Source: Patescibacteria group bacterium (GTDB lineage: Bacteria; Patescibacteriota; Microgenomatia; Levybacterales; UBA12049). Taken from it: 37,252 nt of DNA. This document shows positions 23,676-31,782 of this stretch, one piece after another. Below the pieces are notes generated by a model. The model was given only the letters and a program-made list of their open reading frames with translations, did not search any database and was not told the DNA's origin. The stretch's first letter is position 1. Every line of letters begins with the position of its first letter. A program made the position numbers and the translations under genes. The stretch covers positions 1 through 37,252 of the forward strand of contig JBBUBI010000028.1 in assembly GCA_038058335.1 (NCBI GenBank), read 5' to 3'.

Positions 23676-24890
23676 ATGGATAATTCGAAAAATCATCAGC
23701 AGATAGGAAAAGAACAAGATCTATTTACATTCTCTGATCTCGTAGGCTCCGGACTTCCTCTTTTTACACCCAAGGGCACAGTTCTCAAGCGAGTTTTGAA
23801 TACATACATAGATGATCTTCTGCAGAAAGAAGGGTACCAATTTGTGTCTATTCCTCATATCGCAAAAAAAGATTTGTATGAGAAGTCCGGACATCTTGAG
23901 AAATTCTCAGAAGATATGTTTCCCGTGATGAAGGCAAAAGGCAGAGAGTATATGCTAAAACCCGCAAATTGCCCGCACCACATTCAGATTTTTGCCCGAA
24001 AACCATGGTCATATAGAGATATGCCCCAAAGATACGCTGAAAGCACCACTCAGTACAGATCAGAACTCTCAGGCGAGCTTGAGGGACTTGCAAGAGTACT
24101 TTCGCTGACACTCGATGACTCGCATGTGTTTGCAAGGCCTGATCAAGTGCGAGAGGAGTTCAGAAAAGCACTAAGCCTAAACCAGCAGATGCTGAAGGAT
24201 TTCAAGCTTGAAAATTGGATAAGACTCTCAGCTTGGGATCCGAAGGATAAAGCAAAATACTTGGGAGATGAAAAAACCTGGGAGGAAATGCAAAGCCTTA
24301 TGGAAGATATACTTAAAGAACTTAAGATAAATTACAAAAAAGTAGAAGGAGAAGCAGCCTTTTACGGACCCAAGATGGATCTTATGATCACAGACTCTCT
24401 AGGCAAGGAATGGCAGCTTTCAACTATCCAGGTTGATTTCAACCTTCCTGCAAGATTTGAACTTTCCTACGTAGATGAAAATGGTCAGGATCAAAGACCG
24501 GTAATGCTTCATAGAGCAACCTTTGGATCATACGAAAGATTCCTTGCAATGATAATTGAGCATTTTCAAGGAGCTTTTCCGCTTTGGCTCTCTCCAGTAC
24601 AAGCAGTGATTCTTCCGATTGCAGACAGACATGCCGAGAAAGCAAACGAGATCAAAGATACGCTTTTGGAAGCAGGGATTCGGGTTGAGGCAGACAGCAG
24701 ATCAGAAACTCTTCAATCAAAAATTCGGCAGGTGTCTTTACAAAAAGTGCCCTACATGGGTATAATAGGGGACAAAGAAATTGAAACTAAAAGCCTATCT
24801 ATCCGCACGAGGGATGGAAAAGATCTAGGACAATTAGAAATTTCTAAGTTTCTTAATTTAATTAAAGAAGAAATTGATAAAAAGACATAA
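23676..24890 (+). CDS. thrS: threonyl-tRNA synthetase, catalytic plus anticodon-binding domains only
   Basis: From ATG 23676: MDNSKNHQQIGKEQDLFTF... aligns with the start of the class II core of bacterial ThrRS. Zn ligand contexts CPHH, DDSH and LHRA are present. The ORF-track start at 23580 overlaps the upstream gene. A TGGTAAAAT box lies 10 nt upstream of the ATG. Confidence 0.88.
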   Translation: MDNSKNHQQIGKEQDLFTFSDLVGSGLPLFTPKGTVLKRVLNTYIDDLLQKEGYQFVSIPHIAKKDLYEKSGHLEKFSEDMFPVMKAKGREYMLKPANCPHHIQIFARKPWSYRDMPQRYAESTTQYRSELSGELEGLARVLSLTLDDSHVFARPDQVREEFRKALSLNQQMLKDFKLENWIRLSAWDPKDKAKYLGDEKTWEEMQSLMEDILKELKINYKKVEGEAAFYGPKMDLMITDSLGKEWQLSTIQVDFNLPARFELSYVDENGQDQRPVMLHRATFGSYERFLAMIIEHFQGAFPLWLSPVQAVILPIADRHAEKANEIKDTLLEAGIRVEADSRSETLQSKIRQVSLQKVPYMGIIGDKEIETKSLSIRTRDGKDLGQLEISKFLNLIKEEIDKKT

Positions 24891-25491
24891 AAGAAAGCCG
24901 GACAACAGAAAGTTTTACAGAATAAACGAGCGAATATTTGCCAATACAATGCGGGTATTGGGTCCGGATGGAAAACAAATAGGTATACTCAGCAAGTATG
25001 AAGCTCTGAAAAGAGCAAAAGAAGAAAACCTAGATCTCGTAGAAATTGCACCTTCGGCGACTCCTCCAGTCGCAAAGATAATTGACTTTAATAAGTTCAT
25101 GTATCAGGAGGAAAAACGCAAGAAAGAAGAGAAGAAAAAGTCCAGCAAATCCGGGACAAAAGAGTTAAGGCTTGGACCATTTATGGACGACAATGACCTG
25201 ATGGTGATCGTCAGAAGGGCCCGGGAGCTTTTGGGCGATGGAAATAAGATCAAATTTGTGGTAAAATTCGCAGGTAGGCAAATCACTCACCCTGAATTCG
25301 GTGAGGAGGTTTTGGGAAAAGCAATAAATGAACTTTCAGATGTATCAAAAATTGAAAGAGAAAAGCGTTTTGAAGGAAGACAGCTTATTGCTATAATTTC
25401 TCCAGGAGGAAAAAGCCCAAAGCCTACAGATAAAAAAGAGGATCTAAATAATAAGAATGCCAAAGAAGAAAATAAAGAAATCAGTCAGTAG
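24874..25491 (+). CDS. infC: translation initiation factor IF-3 with a non-AUG start and a Lys-rich C-terminal tail
   Basis: ...YRINERIFANTMRVLGPDGKQIGILSKYEALKRAKEENLDLVEI...PPVAKIIDFNKFMYQ.... No in-frame ATG lies upstream of the conserved RINE motif. Candidate starts are TTG 24874 or ATA 24877. Confidence 0.88.
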   Translation: MIKRHKRKPDNRKFYRINERIFANTMRVLGPDGKQIGILSKYEALKRAKEENLDLVEIAPSATPPVAKIIDFNKFMYQEEKRKKEEKKKSSKSGTKELRLGPFMDDNDLMVIVRRARELLGDGNKIKFVVKFAGRQITHPEFGEEVLGKAINELSDVSKIEREKRFEGRQLIAIISPGGKSPKPTDKKEDLNNKNAKEENKEISQ

Positions 25492-25654
25492 AAGATTTAA
25501 GGTTACCAAAAATGGTAAAGTTATGTTTTCTCATCAGTACAAAAGCCATCTTAAACTTAATAAGTCCAAGAGAAGATTGAGAAGACAGAAAGAACCAGGT
25601 CAATTGACTGGAAAATTTGCAAAGAAAATAAAACAGATGTTAGGAGAAGCATAG
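25457..25654 (+). CDS. rpmI: ribosomal protein L35
   Basis: MPKKKIKKSVSRRFKVTKNGKV.... Overlaps the infC tail by 35 nt. Confidence 0.9.
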   Translation: MPKKKIKKSVSRRFKVTKNGKVMFSHQYKSHLKLNKSKRRLRRQKEPGQLTGKFAKKIKQMLGEA

Positions 25655-25708
25655 GACAGAGTATAGTAAATAGAGTTTAGAAAATAGTTCAACTAAACGC
25701 TAATAAAT

Positions 25709-26059
25709 ATGCCAAGAGTAAAACGAGGAGTCGTATCAAGAAGAAAGCACAATAAGCTTCACAGCCTTACAAAGGGATACAGAGGTACCAAGAGTAGACT
25801 GGTTAAGGCTGCAAAAGAAGCAGAGCTTCATGCCAGGTCTTATGCTTATCATGGAAGAAAACTCAAGAAACGAGACTTCAGAACGCTTTGGATTACTCGT
25901 ATTGCAGAAGCGGCCAAAAAGGAAGGCCTGTCATACAGCGTACTCATGAATAAGCTTAGAAAATCCAAAATTGACCTTGACAGAAAAATCTTAAGCGATC
26001 TTGTCACAAACGATCCCGAAGTATTCAAAAAGGTTGTTGACTCAGTTCGAAGCGCCTGA
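25709..26059 (+). CDS. rplT: ribosomal protein L20
   Basis: MPRVKRGVVSRRKHNKLHSLTKGYRG...YAYHGRKLKKRDFRTLWITRI.... Confidence 0.93.
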   Translation: MPRVKRGVVSRRKHNKLHSLTKGYRGTKSRLVKAAKEAELHARSYAYHGRKLKKRDFRTLWITRIAEAAKKEGLSYSVLMNKLRKSKIDLDRKILSDLVTNDPEVFKKVVDSVRSA

Positions 26060-26065
26060 TAGAAT
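26057..26065 (+). promoter_or_regulatory. extended -10 box (TGATAGAAT) overlapping the rplT stop; drives the leader peptide
   Basis: TAGAAT at 26060..26065, with 6 nt to the A of ATG 26072 and no SD. Confidence 0.5.
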
Positions 26066-26071
26066 ATCTTT

Positions 26072-26116
26072 ATGCAAAAGCAAATATTTTTTTCATTTTA
26101 TTTTACCTTCGCTTAG
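26072..26116 (+). CDS. Phe-rich leader peptide (pheM-like), 14 aa
   Basis: ATG CAA AAG CAA ATA TTT TTT TCA TTT TAT TTT ACC TTC GCT TAG translates to MQKQIFFSFYFTFA: 5 Phe in 14 residues. The stop codon lies in the loop of the first hairpin, directly upstream of pheS-pheT. Confidence 0.65.
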   Translation: MQKQIFFSFYFTFA

Positions 26117-26132
26117 GCGAGGGTAGTTTTTT
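26104..26132 (+). terminator. hairpin 1:2 plus U6 (rplT terminator / attenuator segments 1 and 2)
   Basis: taccttcgc (26104..26112) pairs with gcgagggta (26117..26125): 9 bp including one G-U pair, with loop ttag. It is followed by gtttttt. Confidence 0.65.
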
Positions 26133-26143
26133 GCAAAAAATAC

Positions 26144-26190
26144 ACCTTCGCACTTCCGGAAAATTTCGGAAAACAAGCGAGGGTTTTTTT
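26144..26190 (+). terminator. hairpin 3:4 plus U7 (attenuator terminator)
   Basis: accttcgc (26144..26151) pairs with gcgagggt (26177..26184). An inner helix forms between ttccg and cggaa (26154..26158 / 26167..26171). The run then reads ttttttt. Segment 3 has the same sequence as segment 1, so it can also pair with segment 2. Confidence 0.65.
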
Positions 26191-26211
26191 ATTTTAAGGA
26201 GGTATGGATGC

Positions 26212-26400
26212 ATGGGTAAAGAAAATATAGAAAATTCAATGCTTGTAACTAGGGTTATTACTGCTATGAACACATTGATTGACGCGAAGAGAACAAGTCC
26301 GGAGAGCGCTTTACACGAAAAAGCATTGATAAGAGTTGCGGGAATGGCAGCAAACGAATCCGGTGCGATTGAAATAATGTCTAGGCTGCAAGAAGGCTAG
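26212..26400 (+). CDS. hypothetical 62-aa protein between the attenuator and pheS
   Basis: AAGGAGG at 26196..26202, 9 nt upstream of ATG 26212. It reads MGKENIENSMLVTRVITAMNTLIDAKR.... The ORF-track start at 26131 would read through the terminator. Confidence 0.5.
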   Translation: MGKENIENSMLVTRVITAMNTLIDAKRTSPESALHEKALIRVAGMAANESGAIEIMSRLQEG

Positions 26401-26406
26401 TAAGTA

Positions 26407-26415
26407 TGGTATTCT
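26407..26415 (+). promoter_or_regulatory. extended -10 box (TGGTATTCT); leaderless geometry for pheS
   Basis: TATTCT at 26410..26415, with 6 nt to the A of ATG 26422. Confidence 0.35.
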
Positions 26416-26421
26416 TATTTT

Positions 26422-27459
26422 ATGGAAGAAGAGCTTATTGGAATTAAAAATTCTGCGGTTTCGCTGATACTTGAAGCTGTAGATCCCAAAGAAATTGAAG
26501 AGATAAAAATTCAATTTCTTGGACGAAGCGGAAGGCTGACAACTGCGATTAAGGAAATCCCCAAACTTTCCAAAGAAAAAATACCTGATGTAGGAAGACT
26601 TGCCAATGAAGTCAAGAAAACCATTGAAGAAACTCTTGAGGAAAAAGACGCAACTCTAAGACAAATTAAAACTCAAAGAGTAAAAGAAAAAATAGACACT
26701 TCGCTTCCTGGAGTAAAACCCAATATCGGACATCTTCACCCGCTTACTCAGGTTATTTACGACGTTGTAGATGTTTTCAAGAGTCTTGGCTATCAAGCTA
26801 CTGATGGTCCTGAAATAGAAACAGATTATTATAATTTCGAAGCACTTAATATCCCAAAAGATCATCCTGCGCGGGATACGCAACAAACATTTTACCTTGA
26901 TACAAGAAATTCAAAGGTAAATCCAGGAGAAATAATACTCCGAACTCAAACTTCAGCAATGCAAGGAAGAGTTATGGAAAAGACAAAGCCTCCGGTACGG
27001 GTAATAATCCCAGGCAAATGTTTCAGATACGAGCAAGTAGATGCATCACACGGATTTGAGTTTTGGCAAGTTGAAGGATTTTGTGTTGATGAAAATATCA
27101 AGCTGACTGACCTCTTCGGCACTATTGATTATGTACTCCGAAAGCTAATGGGCGAAGATATAAAACTAAAATTTGCCACAACCAACTTTCCATTCGTCGA
27201 GCCGGGAGTTGACACCTATATGGAATGTACTGTTTGCAAAGGAAAGGGCTGTAGCTTCTGCAAGCAGTCCGGATGGAGCGAGATTATGCCGGCCGGCATG
27301 ATACACCCAAACGTGCTAAAAGCTGTAGGCTATGACAGTAAGAAAGTCTCAGGCTTTGCCTTCGCCATCGGGCTTTCAAGACTTGTCACGCTTAGGTATC
27401 AAATGGAAGACCTGCGTCTTTTAATCAATCCGGACTTAAGAATTCTAGAACAATTTTAA
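26422..27459 (+). CDS. pheS: phenylalanyl-tRNA synthetase alpha subunit
   Basis: Class II motifs, for example ...HPARDTQQTFYL...GKCFRYEQVDASHGFEFWQVEG...GFAFAIGLSRL.... Confidence 0.93.
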   Translation: MEEELIGIKNSAVSLILEAVDPKEIEEIKIQFLGRSGRLTTAIKEIPKLSKEKIPDVGRLANEVKKTIEETLEEKDATLRQIKTQRVKEKIDTSLPGVKPNIGHLHPLTQVIYDVVDVFKSLGYQATDGPEIETDYYNFEALNIPKDHPARDTQQTFYLDTRNSKVNPGEIILRTQTSAMQGRVMEKTKPPVRVIIPGKCFRYEQVDASHGFEFWQVEGFCVDENIKLTDLFGTIDYVLRKLMGEDIKLKFATTNFPFVEPGVDTYMECTVCKGKGCSFCKQSGWSEIMPAGMIHPNVLKAVGYDSKKVSGFAFAIGLSRLVTLRYQMEDLRLLINPDLRILEQF

Positions 27460-27543
27460 ATTTGAAATTTACAATTTGAAATGAAATCTAAATATTTAAA
27501 AAATGAAAATTCAATATAAATTAAAAATTTTAAATTATAAATT

Positions 27544-29427
27544 ATGCTAGCGCCTTTATCCTGGCTTAAAGAATACGTTGAAATCAAATCTACTCCTGAG
27601 AAATTGGGAGACAGACTTACCGAGGTGGGACTCGGAACAGAAAGAATTGAAAAAACAAAAGACGATGTGATTTTTGATTTTGAAATTACACCGAATAGGC
27701 CAGATCTACTTTCAATAATTGGTATCGCAAGAGAAATCGCAGCAGTAGAGAACAAAACTATTAAGCTTCCTAAGCTATCTAATCTTAAAAGTATAAAACC
27801 AGAGAAAATACTTCCTCTTAAAATCATTTCAGATTTTAAAATTAATCCAAGATTTACCGGAATAATAATTGACGGAATTACCGTCAAGGACTCGCCGGAG
27901 TGGCTCAAGGAAAAGCTGATCAAAATGGGACAACGTCCGATAAATAATATTGTAGACATAACAAATTACGTAATGCTTGAACTGGGTAATCCCATCCATG
28001 CTTTTGATTTTAAAAAAATAAAAGGCGCGACCATTAAAGTTCATAAGACTTTAGGCGGAGAAAAATTTACAAGTGTTGATGGCATATCTTATCATCTGCC
28101 AAACGGGGCCGTAGTGATATCAGACGAGGAGAAAATTATAGATCTTTGCGGAATAAAAGGCGGAGAAAATTCAGGAACTTATGAAAGTACAAAAACCATC
28201 TTCCTGAGAGCTCCTGTTGAGCTTCCATCTCTTGTACGCAAAACTTCACAATCTCTAGGACTTCGCTCTGAAGCTTCAAGTATTTTCGAAAGGGGAGTAA
28301 ACGCCGGAGGCGCTGTGGAAGCTCTTTCCCGATGCACCGAGCTGATTTTGGAAATTGCAGGCGGAGAAATAGCAAGTCCTCTTTACGATATTAAAAAGCA
28401 GGACTTTAAGCCCTGGCTTGTTCAACTTGATCTTACAAGACTGAACAAGATTCTGGGCATTGAGATTCCAAAAACCAAAGTTGTAGAGATACTTGAGAGT
28501 TTGAATTTAAAAACTAAGAAAATATCAGAAGAAAAACTTAGAGTTACAATTCCTACTTACAGAAATGACCTCCAAATCGAAGAAGATATAATTGAAGAAG
28601 TTGCAAGGCTATATGGATATAACAATTTTCCAAAAACCCTGCCTTCAGGACAAATACCAACACAGACAGTTCCATATTTTAAAGATTATAACCTTGAAGA
28701 AAAGGTAAAACAGATATTTAAAGCAGGCGGATTTTCCGAAGTTTATACTTATAGCTTGGTTTCGGAAAATGATTTTGAAGAAAATGAAATTAATCCCGAT
28801 AAAGCATTACGAGTAGACAATCCTGTCAGTCGGGAATTTGAGTATCTGAGGACTACTCACAAAATAAATTTAAGGAAAGCTTTTGCTCAAAATCTGCCAA
28901 ACTCCGATAGAGTAAGTCTTTTTGAGCTTGGCAAAGTTTATCTTGGCTCATCAATTGACAAAACTGATGAGCCCTATTTTCTTTCAGGCATATCAAATAG
29001 TAAAAGCTATTTTGAAATAAAAGGGCTTCTTGAGAAACTCTTTGAAGAATTTGGAGTCAAAGACCAAGTAATAGACTATATTCAAATTCTAGAAGAAGGC
29101 ATATTCTTCGAACTAAACTTTGATGAGTTTATATCGAAAATAAACCTAAGCAAGAAATTTATTCCTCTTCCAAAATACCCTCCGATAATTGAGGACATTA
29201 CTCTTACAGTTACAAACGAAACCCCAACGGGTGATATAATTGAGGAAATTAGAAAACAAAGTTTGCTTATTGAGAATGTAACACTAAAAGATACATTTGA
29301 AAATAATAAAACATTTCACATTGTCTACCAAAACAAAGAAGGAAATTTGACTACCAAAGAGGTCGCAAAAATAAGAGAACAACTCCTAAAATCCCTAGAA
29401 GAAAAATTCAAAATTAAGATCGGTTAA
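27544..29427 (+). CDS. pheT: phenylalanyl-tRNA synthetase beta subunit, short form
   Basis: MLAPLSWLKEYVEI... (B1 domain), then directly ...FEITPNRPDLLSIIGIAREIA.... B3/4, B5 and the C-terminal anticodon-binding-like region are present. At 627 aa, the OB-fold tRNA-binding insert appears absent. Confidence 0.88.
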   Translation: MLAPLSWLKEYVEIKSTPEKLGDRLTEVGLGTERIEKTKDDVIFDFEITPNRPDLLSIIGIAREIAAVENKTIKLPKLSNLKSIKPEKILPLKIISDFKINPRFTGIIIDGITVKDSPEWLKEKLIKMGQRPINNIVDITNYVMLELGNPIHAFDFKKIKGATIKVHKTLGGEKFTSVDGISYHLPNGAVVISDEEKIIDLCGIKGGENSGTYESTKTIFLRAPVELPSLVRKTSQSLGLRSEASSIFERGVNAGGAVEALSRCTELILEIAGGEIASPLYDIKKQDFKPWLVQLDLTRLNKILGIEIPKTKVVEILESLNLKTKKISEEKLRVTIPTYRNDLQIEEDIIEEVARLYGYNNFPKTLPSGQIPTQTVPYFKDYNLEEKVKQIFKAGGFSEVYTYSLVSENDFEENEINPDKALRVDNPVSREFEYLRTTHKINLRKAFAQNLPNSDRVSLFELGKVYLGSSIDKTDEPYFLSGISNSKSYFEIKGLLEKLFEEFGVKDQVIDYIQILEEGIFFELNFDEFISKINLSKKFIPLPKYPPIIEDITLTVTNETPTGDIIEEIRKQSLLIENVTLKDTFENNKTFHIVYQNKEGNLTTKEVAKIREQLLKSLEEKFKIKIG

Positions 29428-29429
29428 CA

Positions 29430-31775
29430 CTACGGAGTAGGCATGAGAGTCATTGTTGCCGAAGGCTCGGATGTTGGCGTAGGATTATTATTTCCACCTG
29501 AAACTTGATGCTCAGATGTCTCCGTAGGCGGATGATACTTTTCATCTCCCGGATATTGCCCGGCAAGCCAAGCATTAATACCCTCCTGCCATCTATTTTT
29601 TCCATCAGTCGACATAGGATCAACCTCGGCAAATACAATATAATCTTTGGTATCGTACTCTCTTGCATCGATCTCGGACTGACTCGCGAGCTTCTTATTA
29701 TCCTTCTTGGATAACTTCACTTTCTGATAAATACTACCCGGTCCCGTAGGCTCAGTGCCTTTCAGGAAATACTCTGACCTAGTCGACTGACCTCCCACAG
29801 GAAGCCCGCCACCTAGGGAATCAATTTCAAGAGCAATTACACTGTCCGGCTTATTTGGCTGTTCATCTTTTTTGTCCTTAAGAACATGCGTCATTATCTT
29901 ATTCCAGATGGGAGATGCACCTGTCACACCTGAGGCAATTGCAGGATTCATCGGACTATTGTCGTTATTTCCTACCCACACTCCTACGACATACGAAGGC
30001 GTAAAACCGATTGTCCAGTTGTCTCTCTTCTGATCCGTAGTACCAGTCTTGACCGAAACATTTTTTCCGGAAATATTCAGAAACGACCTTGCTCCGAAAA
30101 CAATTGATCTGGCATTGTTATCTAGAAGTATATGAGAGATAAGAAATGCAACGCCTTCTGACAAGACTTTTTGTCCGTCTTTTTTCTTATGCTCAAAAAT
30201 CTTCTTGCCCCCTGATTCAGTTACTTTAAGAATAGTTACTGGATCTTGCTTCACTCCTTTGTTTGCAAAAACAGAATACGCAGTAACCTCATCAAGCAGC
30301 GTCGTCTCGCGTCCTCCAAGCACCAATGACAGTCCTACGTTTTTCATATTTGCAGTTGTAGGCTCCCAATTTCGTATTCCCATTGAATATCCCTTCTGCA
30401 TTACATCCTGCAGCCCTACTTTTGCGAGCATCTTTACAGCAGGAAGGTTTATCGAATTTCCCAATGCAAATCTTACCTGCATTGGCCCCCTGAATTTTCC
30501 GTCATAATTTACAGGTATATAAATCGGGTGAGCCTCCTCACCCGTGGGAAATTCTGTCTTAACATCCATAAGAAGCGTTGCGGGAGAGTAACCCTTTTCA
30601 AAAGCAGTAGCATAGATAATAGGCTTAAGTGAAGATCCCGGCTGTCTGTTGGCAAGAGTTGTATTGAAGTTACCGTCGTTTTCAGTTTCAAAATAGTCCT
30701 TGCTTCCTACCATTGAAAGTATTTCACCTGTTTTCGGATCCATTACAACCGCTGAGCCATTCCCGACTCGATAACCCTTAAGCTTAGTGATCTCTTCCTT
30801 AACAATCTTCTCTGCTTCTTTTTGTATATCATAATCAAGCGTTGTGGTTACTTGAAGACCGCCTTGTTCAACCGCTGATTCACCAAACTGCTTAGCTAAG
30901 ATCTGTTTAACATATATGACGAAATGGGGAGCCTTGATGCTCTCATCTCTTTTTGTAAATTTCTTCGTCTTTATTTCCTCAAGAGCCCTCTCGCTTTCTT
31001 CTTTTGTAATATATTTCTCTTCCTTCATTTGCTTGAGCACCGCTTCGGTTCTGTCTATGTAATACTTATTTCCCGAATATGGAGAATAAATGCTAGGCGC
31101 CTGAGGAAGTCCTGCGAGAAATGCGCTTTCGGCTAGATTAAGATCTTTTACGTCTTTTCCAAAATAGCTCTGAGATGCCGCCTCAACTCCGATATTCGCG
31201 CCTCCGTAGGGTACATCATTGAGATACATTTCAAGTATCTGATCTTTGGAATATTTCTGACTTACCTGAATCGAAAGCATAAGTTCTTTTATTTTTCGGG
31301 GAAGTGTCCGCTCGGAAGAAAGTAAAACTGTCTTAACAAGCTGCTGCGTAATCGTAGACCCTCCAGTAAGCCCGCGAAGAAGAATAGCATCGCGCAAAAC
31401 TCTTACATATCCCCAGACAGAAAATCCCTGATTTTTGTAAAAATCCTTATCCTCAATTGATATTGTTCCTTCTTTTAGATGATCAGGAATATCTTTTAAC
31501 TTTACATATGTTCTGTTCTCCTCTTGAAAAACAGAGTAGAGAAGCTTACCTTTTCTGTCGTAAATTCTAGTGGAATTACCAAGCTGCGCATCGGAGAGCT
31601 TGCCGGGTTGAGGAAGGTCTTTGCCATACCAAAGAAACAGGACTATCGTAAACAAAACTAAACCGATAAATCCAAACAGAGCGTACCTTGAGAGCTTGCT
31701 ATAGAGAAGGATTTTGGATCGGTCACTTGTCCGCATTCTTGACCGTCTGCTTACCTTCCTTGCGTAATCGCGCAT
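29430..31775 (-). CDS. ponA: class A penicillin-binding protein (glycosyltransferase + transpeptidase)
   Basis: GT51 motifs (EDKDFYKNQG, GGSTITQQLVK) and transpeptidase motifs SSLKP and KTGTT. I prefer ATG 31775 (MRDYARKV...), because the GTG at 31802 would place a TGGTATAAT box inside the coding region. Confidence 0.88.
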   Translation of the reverse strand: MRDYARKVSRRSRMRTSDRSKILLYSKLSRYALFGFIGLVLFTIVLFLWYGKDLPQPGKLSDAQLGNSTRIYDRKGKLLYSVFQEENRTYVKLKDIPDHLKEGTISIEDKDFYKNQGFSVWGYVRVLRDAILLRGLTGGSTITQQLVKTVLLSSERTLPRKIKELMLSIQVSQKYSKDQILEMYLNDVPYGGANIGVEAASQSYFGKDVKDLNLAESAFLAGLPQAPSIYSPYSGNKYYIDRTEAVLKQMKEEKYITKEESERALEEIKTKKFTKRDESIKAPHFVIYVKQILAKQFGESAVEQGGLQVTTTLDYDIQKEAEKIVKEEITKLKGYRVGNGSAVVMDPKTGEILSMVGSKDYFETENDGNFNTTLANRQPGSSLKPIIYATAFEKGYSPATLLMDVKTEFPTGEEAHPIYIPVNYDGKFRGPMQVRFALGNSINLPAVKMLAKVGLQDVMQKGYSMGIRNWEPTTANMKNVGLSLVLGGRETTLLDEVTAYSVFANKGVKQDPVTILKVTESGGKKIFEHKKKDGQKVLSEGVAFLISHILLDNNARSIVFGARSFLNISGKNVSVKTGTTDQKRDNWTIGFTPSYVVGVWVGNNDNSPMNPAIASGVTGASPIWNKIMTHVLKDKKDEQPNKPDSVIALEIDSLGGGLPVGGQSTRSEYFLKGTEPTGPGSIYQKVKLSKKDNKKLASQSEIDAREYDTKDYIVFAEVDPMSTDGKNRWQEGINAWLAGQYPGDEKYHPPTETSEHQVSGGNNNPTPTSEPSATMTLMPTP

Positions 31776-31782
31776 ACTCCCA

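Noticed and set aside
26060-26421. A T-box riboswitch upstream of pheS
   Set aside because: The region is too short. I see no specifier-loop or T-box consensus architecture. The Phe-rich mini-ORF with four repeated arms fits ribosome-mediated attenuation better.
27460-27543. Repeated aatttgaaat / aaatt words between pheS and pheT as a repeat element or CRISPR-like array
   Set aside because: There are only two short imperfect copies, set in an extremely AT-rich, low-complexity spacer, with no spacer-repeat periodicity.
27456-27959. Long antisense ORFs: 27456..27959, 32469..33071, 36059..36559, 11499..11780, 12497..12718, 13895..14212 and similar
   Set aside because: Each lies wholly opposite a well-supported gene (pheT, tyrS, rpmF/nusB, the pilins, the LTD gene). 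Their composition is low-complexity (Ser/Leu/Ile/Phe-rich, or Gly/Val-rich opposite the Pro/Thr repeats). I see no independent start signals.
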